From a bacterium (lineage in GTDB: Bacteria; Patescibacteriota; Microgenomatia; Daviesbacterales; UBA10151): DNA of 64,000 bases. The stretch lies in the NCBI GenBank assembly GCA_021786105.1, contig JAJYNW010000018.1, positions 5,241-69,240 on the forward strand, written 5' to 3'. The position numbers and the translations under genes are program-made. Positions 28,624 to 37,871 of this stretch are shown here, one piece after another. The notes below the pieces were generated by a model that was not told where the DNA came from, searched no databases, and saw nothing but the letters and a program-made list of their open reading frames with translations. Every line of letters starts with the position of its first letter. The first letter of the stretch is position 1.

Positions 28624-29280
28624 ATGATGAAGAAACCTACTTCAAAACCTAAATCAGACCGACCCTTTAGCAAAATTAATAGCTTACTTGAAAAGTTTTC
28701 ATCTGCTAGAAATCTGAAGTCATCAAAAACATTTTATCTTATTCTGATCATTGCCGGTCTTTTACTTTTGGCAATCTATAAAAAGAATTGGTTTGTAGCC
28801 GCCACAGTTAACGGCTCGCCTATCACTAACCTGGAATTGCAATCCCGCCTAAATCAGCAATTCCGGACTCAAACCTTAAATCAACTTATTGATGAAAAAA
28901 TCATTTTAGGGGAGGCGGCTAAGAAAAACGTCGTAGTAACCGAGACGGATATTGATAAAAAAATCTCGGAAATAGAAGCGCAGGTGGGAGGAGCACAAGC
29001 TTTGGATTCTCTACTGGCTCAGCAGGGACAGGACAGAAATAGTATCAAGCAACTCATCAAATTACGGTTGATTGTTGAGAAGCTCTATACCAACGAGGCC
29101 ACGGTTTCCGCAGAAGAAGTTAACAGTTTTATAGAACAGAATAAAAACCAACTGCGGGCTACAGATTCTGCCGGACAAGAAAAAGAAGCCTACGATGCCA
29201 TTAAAAGCCAAAAATTATCCCAAATCTCTGCACAAAAATTCCAGGAACTCAAACAAAAAGCCAAAACCCAACTATTTTAG
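28624..29280 (+). CDS. SurA N-terminal-domain-like periplasmic chaperone (no PPIase domain)
   Basis: Start at the ATG at 28624 (the ORF-track start is TTG). Single TM followed by SurA_N-like helices. Confidence 0.5.
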   Translation: MMKKPTSKPKSDRPFSKINSLLEKFSSARNLKSSKTFYLILIIAGLLLLAIYKKNWFVAATVNGSPITNLELQSRLNQQFRTQTLNQLIDEKIILGEAAKKNVVVTETDIDKKISEIEAQVGGAQALDSLLAQQGQDRNSIKQLIKLRLIVEKLYTNEATVSAEEVNSFIEQNKNQLRATDSAGQEKEAYDAIKSQKLSQISAQKFQELKQKAKTQLF

Positions 29281-29335
29281 TTTTTGATTCTCACGAAAAA
29301 CTCCTTATAATCTCTTCCTGTTATATAATTGTTAG

Positions 29336-30409
29336 ATGAATCTTAAAACAATCAAAGATAACCAGAAAAAAGAATATAACAAATTAGCCACTCATGTTAT
29401 CCAATCTTGGGAATGGGGAGAATTTAGAAAAACCTTAGGAATCCCCCTCCTCCGATATGGTTTATACCAAAACGGCAAATTATCAAAAGTCTTCCAATTA
29501 ACCTTACACAAAATTCCCTTTACTAATCAATACGTTGGCTATTTGCCCAAAGGACCTTTCCCGGATGCTGAACTGGCAGAGGCTTTAACAGAAATCGGCA
29601 AAAAAAATAACTGCGCTTTCGTCAAAGTTGAACCGAATGTAGTTACTTCTGTCATTCCTGCGAATGCAGGAATCCAAAAAACGGACTCTAGTTCGGAATC
29701 GGATCCCGACATTCGTCGGGATGACAAAACTATAGATTCTAGTTTTATTAAATCCCCCAAGCCCCTGTTTACCAAATATAATTTCGTCCTTGATTTAACA
29801 AAATCAGAAACAGATCTTTTAAAAAATATGCATTCCAAAACCAGGTACAACATTAAGGTGGCCAAAAAACACGGAGTGGAAGTGAAAGAGCTATCAGACA
29901 ATGGAGCCTTTGAAATTTATTTAAAACTTTATTTTGAAACCACCCGCCGACAAGGTTACCACGGACACAACGAATATTACCACCGGCAAGCCTGGAAAAC
30001 TTTAAAGGAAGCTGGTTTAGCCAGATTACTGATTGCTTTTTATCAGGGCGAGCCATTGACGGCCTGGATGCTGCTAAATTTCCAAGATACTCTTTATTAT
30101 CCTTACGGCGGCTCCTTAAAAGCTCACCCGGAAGTCATGGCCAATAACTTGGTGGCCTGGGAAGCTATTAATTTGGGCAAAAAATTAAAGCTAAAAAATT
30201 TTGACATGTGGGGAGCGCTGGGGCCTGATGCTGACCCAAAAGATCCCTGGTATGGATTCCATAAGTTTAAACAAGGATACGGAGGAAAATTAACTGAATA
30301 TGTCGGTACTTATGATTTAGTTTTTAATTGGCCCATTTATTGGCTGTTTACAGTTATCGATAAATTAACCCCGCTTAAAATCTTTTTATTGAAATTGCTT
30401 AGAAAATAA
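29336..30409 (+). CDS. FemAB-family peptidoglycan interpeptide-bridge aminoacyltransferase carrying an in-frame palindromic-element insertion
   Basis: FemAB hallmarks (KYNFVLDLTKSE..TRYNIKVAKK, GYHGHNEYYH) plus a low-complexity insert VIPANAGIQKTDSSSESDPDIRRDD that coincides with two hairpins. Confidence 0.8.
   Translation: MNLKTIKDNQKKEYNKLATHVIQSWEWGEFRKTLGIPLLRYGLYQNGKLSKVFQLTLHKIPFTNQYVGYLPKGPFPDAELAEALTEIGKKNNCAFVKVEPNVVTSVIPANAGIQKTDSSSESDPDIRRDDKTIDSSFIKSPKPLFTKYNFVLDLTKSETDLLKNMHSKTRYNIKVAKKHGVEVKELSDNGAFEIYLKLYFETTRRQGYHGHNEYYHRQAWKTLKEAGLARLLIAFYQGEPLTAWMLLNFQDTLYYPYGGSLKAHPEVMANNLVAWEAINLGKKLKLKNFDMWGALGPDADPKDPWYGFHKFKQGYGGKLTEYVGTYDLVFNWPIYWLFTVIDKLTPLKIFLLKLLRK
29651..29726. 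repeat. Palindromic (MITE/RPE-like) element inside the FemAB-family CDS
   Basis: Termini GTCAT...ATGAC. Contains two perfect 8-bp-stem hairpins: ATTCCTGC-GAAT-GCAGGAAT (29654-29673) and ATCCCGAC-ATTC-GTCGGGAT (29703-29722). Confidence 0.6.
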
Positions 30410-30416
30410 ATTTAAT

Positions 30417-30917
30417 ATGGACACCAGCTTAATCATTTCCGGCGGCATACTTCTTGGTTGCATTATCGGCTTATCCTGGTTTGCAGGATCCGATGCCCCT
30501 TTTGTTCCTACCAAGATGGACCAAATTAGAAAGATCTTAAAATTGGCCGGGGTGAAAAAAGGCAAAAAATTTTATGAATTAGGATCAGGGGACGGCCGGG
30601 TGGTATACGAGGCAGCCAAGTTGCATGCAAAAGCCTTTGGAGTTGAACAGTCCTGGCTCCGGGTTTTGTATTCTAAATATAAAGCCCACCGCTTAAATTT
30701 AATGAGTGCCAAATTTATGCATGGTAATATTTTTGCTAAAACTTATGGCGATGCCGATATTATCTATATCTATCTTTTACATAAGGGGGTTAAAAGACTG
30801 GAAGACAAATTAAAAAAAGAATTAAAAAAAGGGTCAACAGTCATTACTCAAACTTATCATTTCCCCAACTGGAAACCGTTTAAAAAAGAAGATAATTTTT
30901 ACCTCTACCGCGCTTAA
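30417..30917 (+). CDS. Small membrane-anchored class I SAM-dependent methyltransferase-like protein
   Basis: SAM motif I YELGSGDGRVV, with an N-terminal TM helix. Confidence 0.5.
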   Translation: MDTSLIISGGILLGCIIGLSWFAGSDAPFVPTKMDQIRKILKLAGVKKGKKFYELGSGDGRVVYEAAKLHAKAFGVEQSWLRVLYSKYKAHRLNLMSAKFMHGNIFAKTYGDADIIYIYLLHKGVKRLEDKLKKELKKGSTVITQTYHFPNWKPFKKEDNFYLYRA

Positions 30918-30941
30918 GACCCAAAGGATCGCAAGCTTTGC

Positions 30942-31553
30942 TTAAAAACCCAATACTTCACCAACTATAATTAAATCAATTCTATTTTGTTTAACTTCCT
31001 TATCAATAATTAGAATTTTATTAACTGAACTGCCCTTACCGTAGACTTTTTTCGCCCTTTCAATTTCTAGTGGCAAACAGTGTTCGTAAATCCGCTTTAT
31101 CCCCTCATCGTTATTTTTAACAATTTTTTGAGCACCCGCTACCCAAATTACATGGGCTGATCCAAAAACATAAGCCGGCAGCTGACTGCCACCCTGAGAA
31201 GCAATCAAAACATGTCCATCTTCAGTGATTGCATGAATACTACCAATCACCCACTCCGGCGCCGCTCCCAATTTCAGCATTGCCAAACCCTGCGTATCTT
31301 TATCCATACTCGTCAATTTTTTCCGAACTGAATTATATCTTCCGGATTCTACGATTTCTTGAGCAATCCCCAAAGTATCCAGAGTCACTGAAGTCATATT
31401 CATGATTTCTGCTCCTTTTGGAATTAAAGCAAAAACTTCTTTTCTCGCCTCTTCCCCGTTTTGAACAAATTTGGCATTAATGCCATTTGCAGCAAGTGCT
31501 TCAACAGTTTTATTAATTGTTTCTTGATTAGGTAATTTGTCCCATTTACTCAT
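30942..31553 (-). CDS. LUD-domain (LutC/YkgG-like, DUF162) protein
   Basis: Size and conserved core are consistent with the LUD domain. Confidence 0.55.
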   Translation of the reverse strand: MSKWDKLPNQETINKTVEALAANGINAKFVQNGEEARKEVFALIPKGAEIMNMTSVTLDTLGIAQEIVESGRYNSVRKKLTSMDKDTQGLAMLKLGAAPEWVIGSIHAITEDGHVLIASQGGSQLPAYVFGSAHVIWVAGAQKIVKNNDEGIKRIYEHCLPLEIERAKKVYGKGSSVNKILIIDKEVKQNRIDLIIVGEVLGF

Positions 31554-32635
31554 AGTGAAATTATCTTCTTTGTGGCATCAGTTAATTGCTTAAGCTTATC
31601 ATCCTGTAAAACAAACAAATCTTCAATTCTCACTCCGCCAAAATCCGACAAATATATCCCCGGTTCAATGGAAAAAACCATGCCTGCTTTTAAAATATCT
31701 TTACTTTTCGGTGACAAATGCGGCCCCTCATGGACTTCTAAACCCACTCCATGACCCAAAGAATGAGGAATACTCGAATAACCTTTGGCAATAATATAAT
31801 CTCTGGCTATTTTATCCACCTCAGCTGCTGTGATTTCTTTCTTAGCTTTAATGGCAGAATTTATAAAATCTACTGCTTTTTGCTGGGCAGCTAAAACAAC
31901 ATCATAAATTTCTTTTTGTTTTACAGTTGGTTGGCCAACAAATATAGTCCGGGTCATATCAGAACAATAATTATTAAGCTTGACTCCAAAATCCAGCAAC
32001 ACAAAATCGTTTCCAGTTAGCTTGGTCTCCCCGGTTTGGTGATGCGGCACCGAAGAGTTTTTGCCAAAAGCCACAATGGTAGGAAAAGAAATTCCTGCCC
32101 CCCGGCATTTAATAAAATTTTCCATCTCCTGGGCAATTTCTTTTTCCGTCACTCCCACTTTAAATTTTTTTAAAATATGTTTAAAAGCTAAATCTCCTAA
32201 TCTGCAGGCTTTTTCTATTTTATTAATTTCTTTCGGAGTTTTAATGCTTCTTAAATGGCTAACCTCAAAGTGTTTTGTATTTTTGAAATGCTTGCTAAAA
32301 ACTTTATATTCAGCAACCGTTAAATTATCTTCTTCTATTCCTAAACTTTTGATTTCTTTTTTATGCTTTTTAAAAAGATCCGCTGTGGTTTTTTTATGTC
32401 CCCTTTCAAAAAGGGTTAGGTGAGAAACTTCCCTTTTGACTGCTTCCGTATACCTACCATCGGTAATAATATAAGCAAAATCTTGACCAACAAAAACATA
32501 AGATTCCCGCTCATCTTTGGAAAAATTAGTAAAACCAGTAAGATAGACAATGTTGGCTACATCAGAAATTAGCACTGCATCAACTTTATCCTTTTCTAAT
32601 TTTTGTCGTAGATCTTTTATTCTGCGTTGAAACAT
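31550..32635 (-). CDS. Xaa-Pro aminopeptidase / prolidase (M24B)
   Basis: Creatinase-N domain plus an M24 pita-bread domain (HGVGLEVHE, metal ligands D..D..H..E..E). Confidence 0.85.
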   Translation of the reverse strand: MFQRRIKDLRQKLEKDKVDAVLISDVANIVYLTGFTNFSKDERESYVFVGQDFAYIITDGRYTEAVKREVSHLTLFERGHKKTTADLFKKHKKEIKSLGIEEDNLTVAEYKVFSKHFKNTKHFEVSHLRSIKTPKEINKIEKACRLGDLAFKHILKKFKVGVTEKEIAQEMENFIKCRGAGISFPTIVAFGKNSSVPHHQTGETKLTGNDFVLLDFGVKLNNYCSDMTRTIFVGQPTVKQKEIYDVVLAAQQKAVDFINSAIKAKKEITAAEVDKIARDYIIAKGYSSIPHSLGHGVGLEVHEGPHLSPKSKDILKAGMVFSIEPGIYLSDFGGVRIEDLFVLQDDKLKQLTDATKKIISL

Positions 32636-32645
32636 GAACCCCTTT

Positions 32646-33146
32646 TTAAAAAGACTTTGGTTTTAACGATGGTGGAGTTTCAGCCATTACTGTAAAACCT
32701 GGGCTTAAAGTTAAAGCTTCAACAATCTCTCTGCTAATCTCCCGTGCTGTTATATTAGTCGGGATATGTCGTTTAGGATGCAAAGCATAAGATTGTTCTT
32801 TTAAAGAGATTGTTTGTCTTTTTAAAGAAACAAAAATTTCTCCCGCATCAATTTGAACACTATTTGAATCAGCTAATCTTCTAGCTACATATAGAAATTT
32901 CGGCACGTCATTAGCACCTAAACCCGGCTCCACAATTATACTTTCGTGGTTTACCCCCATTCCATCGGGAGAGACCAAAACCAATTTACCAATTCTTACA
33001 AACTTTGCATAGCTAATTCCTTCTTGAGGTCCTTGAAAAACCTGACCTTTTAAAAAACTTAATGCCAAGTTTTTTGGGCTATATATAATCTTGTCTCTTT
33101 CAACCATAATGCTCAGAATTATAATTATCTTTCGGATTATTTGCAA
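32646..33146 (-). CDS. Hypothetical 166-aa protein (probable start at the internal M, MVERDK...)
   Basis: No confident family assignment. Confidence 0.4.
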   Translation of the reverse strand: MQIIRKIIIILSIMVERDKIIYSPKNLALSFLKGQVFQGPQEGISYAKFVRIGKLVLVSPDGMGVNHESIIVEPGLGANDVPKFLYVARRLADSNSVQIDAGEIFVSLKRQTISLKEQSYALHPKRHIPTNITAREISREIVEALTLSPGFTVMAETPPSLKPKSF

Positions 33147-33153
33147 AACTAAT

Positions 33154-36100
33154 CTACATGGTTAAATTTTTTAACTGGCAATATTCACACTTAGGGTCAT
33201 CACAACGCCTATCCCAAAATTCCAAATTAATAATTTCTTTGGCAGTTTGCAAAATTTTCTGTTCCAAATTTTTGACCAACTCCTCGGTCATGTCAAACCG
33301 TTCGCTTTTAAACCTCCCTTTCTCGTCCGGCTCCACAAAATCAATCACTCCTTCGGTCATTTTCATCAGTCCGTTTTTATAGCGGTCCAGCAAAATTTTA
33401 TAAAAGACCAATTGCTGTAAATAATTACGTTCACTTTTTTCATTAGACCCATCAATCTGGCTGCGCGATTTCGCCTTTCCGGTTTTAAAATCATAGACAG
33501 CCACATCACTGCCGGAAAGCATTTCAATCATATCCAACCGCCCGGTAAGAACCACTTCATCCGACAGCTTGACCCCCCTGATAATCAACTCACTTTGGAT
33601 ATCCTTGCCCCAAGTCGGAATTACGTTGTCAAAATACCCCAGCAGCGCCCGCTCTCCCCGTTCAAATAATGCTTTCCGGTCCGGCTCACTCAACGCCTCT
33701 TTATCCAACACCTCACGGAACCTTTCTACCAGGAAATAACCAGTCAAAGCTTTGTTTTTCCTTTGGCGGATATAACAATCTAAAGCATGGTGGATGGCGG
33801 TGCCAAACTTCATATAATTTTCTTTAACCTCCGGAAACTGCAATAAATTGCGGTAGAAAAATTGCCAGGGGCATTTTTGGTAATTGCTTAAAGCGGTGGC
33901 CGACAATCCCCGGATTAAAAAAAGCTGCCGGAAAAATTCTTTTTTCTCAGAGAGAAGAGCTTGCTCGTTTTTGGCTGGTAAGATTGACGCTGGTCTGGGG
34001 TTAAAAATCATATCCTTATTGGCTAAGAATTGTTTTTCAAATTTTTGAGTATTAATTTCCTCAACCAGCCTTTTGTCAATTTCTGATAAAAATTGCGAGG
34101 GGCTACGCTCGTTTCCCTCCATTCCACGGGTGGAAAAGGTAAGCATAATATCTTTTCTGGCCCGGGTCATCCCCACATAAAACAGTCTTCTTTCGTCCTC
34201 ATCTTCCGTAGATTCCAAATTTAATTTAATCCCTAAAATATCCCAAGGAATCTGAAAACCGGCTGACCGTTTTCTGGCGTTACCCCAATGACCATCATAA
34301 ACATTAACTATATAAACATAATCAAACTCCAAACCCTTGGAGCGATGAGCTGTCATCAACCGGACGGCGTTTTGGCTGACAGTCTCCACATGGCTTTTAA
34401 GCGGCAGCTCATGTTTTTGGCAAAGTTCGAGGTAATTTAAATAATCACCCAAATTAAAATTAGGCTCTTTTTCCACCAGCACTTTAATTTCTTCGAACAA
34501 AGCAGTTAGTTTATCCAGCAGTTCATACCGCCGGCTATGTTTTAGCATCGCTTCACGGAAACCCGACTTTTCCACCACCCCAATAAACAATTTTTCAAAT
34601 GTATCGTTATACGCATCCTTTTGCCAGGCAGTTAACGTCTGATAAAACTTAACTAAGTTTTCAAAACTAGACAGTCTTAATTTCTCCTCCGACTTCTGCA
34701 TCAGCCGGCGTAACACCTCGTAAACCGGCAGCTTATTTTGCCGGGAAAAATCCATTATTTTGTAAATATCCAAAGGTTCAATATCAAACAAATCCAGATG
34801 CATCGCTTTTAGCAAATCCCGCTCTGAGCCAATATTCCAGATTGCCCTGAGGGTAAAAATTAATTTTTGGATATACAAATCCTGTAAAATATTTTGGTCT
34901 GAATGAATCACAAAAGGAATGCCGCATCTTTCCAAAGTTTCCGCCGCCAGGTTTAAGTCTTTATTATTGCGACCAATGATTGCAATATTTTCCGGCGGCA
35001 CCCCCTGCTTAATCTTTTTTTGGATATCTTCAGCAATGAACTGGTACTCGGCAAAATAATCATTTAAAACCGCCAGCTTAATCGGCTCAGCCTGTTTTTG
35101 CTGGGAATGCAAATTAATCTTTTTGGGCAACAGCAGGTTAGCGGTAATGTTGTTGGCGATCAGACTGTCCGCCGCGTCCAAAATTTGCTGGTGCGAACGG
35201 TAATTTTCACCCAAATGGACTAATTTAGCATGGGGATAAATCTTTCGAAAATACAAAAAATTTTCAAAAGATGCTCCCTGAAAACGGAAGATTGCCTGTT
35301 TTTCATCGCCAACCACAAAGATATTAGGATTATCTTCAAAATAACTGCCCAAAAATTCCACGATTTTATTCTGGGCATTATTGGTATCTTGATGCTCATC
35401 AATCAAAATATACTGGTATTTTTCCTGCAGGCGCAGCAATAAATCCTTATCTTTTTCCAAGGCTGTTTTTACCACAAGCAGCATGTCATTAAAATCATAT
35501 TTTTGTAAGTCTTTAAGCGCTTTTTGATAAGCCTGATAAATAATCAGCAGTTCCCCGGCTTTTAAAATCTCTCTTTGTAAATCCCGGTACTTGCCTTTCA
35601 TTTCACCTTTATACCTGCCCTTGTCGTGATATAAATCCTCTGTGGCATCAAAGTTTTCCTGCCAAATTTTTAGGGCTTTTTCCAAATCCTCCGGACCTAC
35701 CCCTTCCTTTTTCAAATTACTGATTTCTGAAAGTGCCGGCCTGAGGTAATACAATGGGTCCCCCATTGGTTTTAAGTAGGTTAAGTCTAATCCGGTAATA
35801 ATTTTTTCCAATAGCTGGATTTGCTCCACCTCGGTGATACTGTCGGCAGAAATTAAGTGGGGAAAATTTTCCGGATGGCGCTTGATCACTTCATTGCAAA
35901 AACCATGAAAGGTGTAAATTTCCACCTTGTAGCCCGGGGTACCAATCATATCCACCAGCCGCTCCCGCATTTCCGATTTGGCTGACTCGGTAAAAGTTAA
36001 AGCTAAAATATTTTCCGGGTTAACTTGGGTTTTTAGTAAAATATTGGCAATCCGTAAAGTTAAAATTTGCGTTTTACCGGTACCCGGACCAGCCACCACC

Positions 36101-36186
36101 ATCACCGGACCTTCTATCTCATCAACCGCCTGTTTTTGCTCACGGTTTAATTTTGAATACAGACTCTTGAATTGAGAAGAAACCAT
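33154..36186 (-). CDS. Single-chain UvrD-family SF1 helicase fused to a C-terminal PD-(D/E)xK (RecB/Cas4-like) nuclease with a 4-Cys cluster
   Basis: Helicase motifs VVAGPGTGKTQ, DEHQDTN and VGMTRARKD. C-terminal nuclease motifs D..DFKTGK...QLVFY, with C...C-x4-C-x2-C. Confidence 0.8.
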   Translation of the reverse strand: MVSSQFKSLYSKLNREQKQAVDEIEGPVMVVAGPGTGKTQILTLRIANILLKTQVNPENILALTFTESAKSEMRERLVDMIGTPGYKVEIYTFHGFCNEVIKRHPENFPHLISADSITEVEQIQLLEKIITGLDLTYLKPMGDPLYYLRPALSEISNLKKEGVGPEDLEKALKIWQENFDATEDLYHDKGRYKGEMKGKYRDLQREILKAGELLIIYQAYQKALKDLQKYDFNDMLLVVKTALEKDKDLLLRLQEKYQYILIDEHQDTNNAQNKIVEFLGSYFEDNPNIFVVGDEKQAIFRFQGASFENFLYFRKIYPHAKLVHLGENYRSHQQILDAADSLIANNITANLLLPKKINLHSQQKQAEPIKLAVLNDYFAEYQFIAEDIQKKIKQGVPPENIAIIGRNNKDLNLAAETLERCGIPFVIHSDQNILQDLYIQKLIFTLRAIWNIGSERDLLKAMHLDLFDIEPLDIYKIMDFSRQNKLPVYEVLRRLMQKSEEKLRLSSFENLVKFYQTLTAWQKDAYNDTFEKLFIGVVEKSGFREAMLKHSRRYELLDKLTALFEEIKVLVEKEPNFNLGDYLNYLELCQKHELPLKSHVETVSQNAVRLMTAHRSKGLEFDYVYIVNVYDGHWGNARKRSAGFQIPWDILGIKLNLESTEDEDERRLFYVGMTRARKDIMLTFSTRGMEGNERSPSQFLSEIDKRLVEEINTQKFEKQFLANKDMIFNPRPASILPAKNEQALLSEKKEFFRQLFLIRGLSATALSNYQKCPWQFFYRNLLQFPEVKENYMKFGTAIHHALDCYIRQRKNKALTGYFLVERFREVLDKEALSEPDRKALFERGERALLGYFDNVIPTWGKDIQSELIIRGVKLSDEVVLTGRLDMIEMLSGSDVAVYDFKTGKAKSRSQIDGSNEKSERNYLQQLVFYKILLDRYKNGLMKMTEGVIDFVEPDEKGRFKSERFDMTEELVKNLEQKILQTAKEIINLEFWDRRCDDPKCEYCQLKNLTM

Positions 36187-37364
36187 TATTCTTCGACTAC
36201 TTCTTCCAAAACACTAATTTCTCTTTCTTCCTCAATTTCAAAACCAGCCAGCTGGGGGAGCGATCTTCCTATGATTCCCTGCAAGTCCCCATACATACCA
36301 TGGGTATGATCTAAAACTTTTCTGATCTCTTTTTCCTGCCGCCCCCATTTAACACTGAACCACCTTTTTTCTCTTTCTAACTCATCTTGTAAACCGCTAA
36401 AAGCTTCGACTATAGCTTCTACCCTTTGTTTAAATTCTGTTCCGGTTAAATATTGATAAAGAATTTCTTTCTTTTCATTTTTCCCTTCACTTAATGATTT
36501 TTCGTGATTAAGGCTAATTAAATTAAATCTCAAAGCCAGCGCTAACGGAATTACAAATTGCCAGGTAGTCAACCATACTCCTTCCCTATAAGTAAACGTC
36601 TCCAAACCCTCCGGCTTATGTATTGTCACTAAAACAGCTAAATCTGCCTTTTTAGCTCTTTGGTCTTCTTTTAGCTTCGTAATCCAATCATTTTTCCATT
36701 GCGCATTTTTCGATTCCCATAAAATAGTCCCACTATTTCTTCCGAGCTTATCTACAACCCGATGGACAATATCTGCCCCGCGTTCACCTTTTTTAACCTC
36801 TTCTAAAATATCCATTAGGAATTCTTGTTTAAGCGCTTTTTCTAACTCCAGTTCCAATACCTCTCCTTGAGTCTGCTGTGAACCTTGCTGCATTTGATTT
36901 TGAAGTTCATCTAATTTTTTTAACGCATCATTGAGTTTTTTGTCTTTTTCCAAATTCTTGAGCTGATTTTCCTCTTCTGCTTGTTTCCTAACCTCACTCC
37001 TTATTCTCTCCTCGTCTTCCATCGCCTTCTTTTTCATTTCAATTTCTCTTTCTTCATCTTTTCTTCTAAGCGCTTTAAAATCATCCAATAATTCACTCAT
37101 TTGTGAAGTTAATTTTTTATTTCTTTCTTTCTCCTCATCATTCTCTTTTTGCATCCTTACCATTTGGATTCCAAATTGTTCCTTGGCATTTTTCTCAGCC
37201 TTCTCTTCCGCCAATCTTGTGGCTTCTTCAATTTCGCTTTTATGTTTTTGTTCTAAAGAGGCTGATACTTGTTCTTCCATTTGATGAGTCAAAGCCTCGC
37301 CAATGGAGAATTTATGCTGGCATTTGGGGCAGGTAACAGTAACTTGGTTTGTTGGGGAACTCAT
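36186..37364 (-). CDS. DUF2130-like protein: N-terminal CPxC Zn-ribbon, long coiled-coil, C-terminal PD-(D/E)xK-like domain
   Basis: CPKCQHKF, then a 150-aa E/K-rich coiled-coil, then GADIVHRV...ILWESKN...ADLAVLV. Its stop overlaps the helicase-nuclease start by 1 nt. Confidence 0.5.
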   Translation of the reverse strand: MSSPTNQVTVTCPKCQHKFSIGEALTHQMEEQVSASLEQKHKSEIEEATRLAEEKAEKNAKEQFGIQMVRMQKENDEEKERNKKLTSQMSELLDDFKALRRKDEEREIEMKKKAMEDEERIRSEVRKQAEEENQLKNLEKDKKLNDALKKLDELQNQMQQGSQQTQGEVLELELEKALKQEFLMDILEEVKKGERGADIVHRVVDKLGRNSGTILWESKNAQWKNDWITKLKEDQRAKKADLAVLVTIHKPEGLETFTYREGVWLTTWQFVIPLALALRFNLISLNHEKSLSEGKNEKKEILYQYLTGTEFKQRVEAIVEAFSGLQDELEREKRWFSVKWGRQEKEIRKVLDHTHGMYGDLQGIIGRSLPQLAGFEIEEEREISVLEEVVEE

Positions 37365-37449
37365 AAAACCTGAACGGTTTCGACTATACCACGATTGCTA
37401 TTTGTAAAAAAGATATCGTTTCTGGATCTTTTTGAGTTACAATTAGTTT

Positions 37450-37830
37450 ATGTCCAGAATTATTTCAAAAATTATTCCTGCTTTGATCTTTTGGGGAGCC
37501 TTTGTGGGAGTAGTTTTAAATGTTCCTTACCCAGATAGCTTTGCCCAGGCAAATTTTAACCAGATCATTCCCTTCTCTGTCTGCTTTTTTTTGGCATTAC
37601 TTTTCACTGCCAATATCTTCTTAAAAAATATTTTGCAGTCATTTTCCCTTGCCTTAGGCTTATTTTTTTTATTAGTTTTAAAAGCCTTAGATTCTTTAAA
37701 CTTAGTCACCGGAACTTTAACCCTGACCGCCACCGGCTTACTTTTCAGTTATTTCCATAAAGGAAAGAAGAATAATTTGACTAAACAGTCAAAAATCCCC
37801 AGACTAACAAAGCTCTCAAAACAAAAATAA
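37450..37830 (+). CDS. Hypothetical membrane protein (126 aa)
   Basis: 3-4 TM helices and a basic C-terminus. Confidence 0.35.
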   Translation: MSRIISKIIPALIFWGAFVGVVLNVPYPDSFAQANFNQIIPFSVCFFLALLFTANIFLKNILQSFSLALGLFFLLVLKALDSLNLVTGTLTLTATGLLFSYFHKGKKNNLTKQSKIPRLTKLSKQK

Positions 37831-37871
37831 AATTTGCAAAATACGCTTCTCTAAGATATTATCCGCCAGAA

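Noticed and set aside
29539-29901. 120-aa ORF on the - strand (..IPAFAGMTEV..)
   Set aside because: It is antisense to the FemAB-family gene, and its middle is a translation of the palindromic element.
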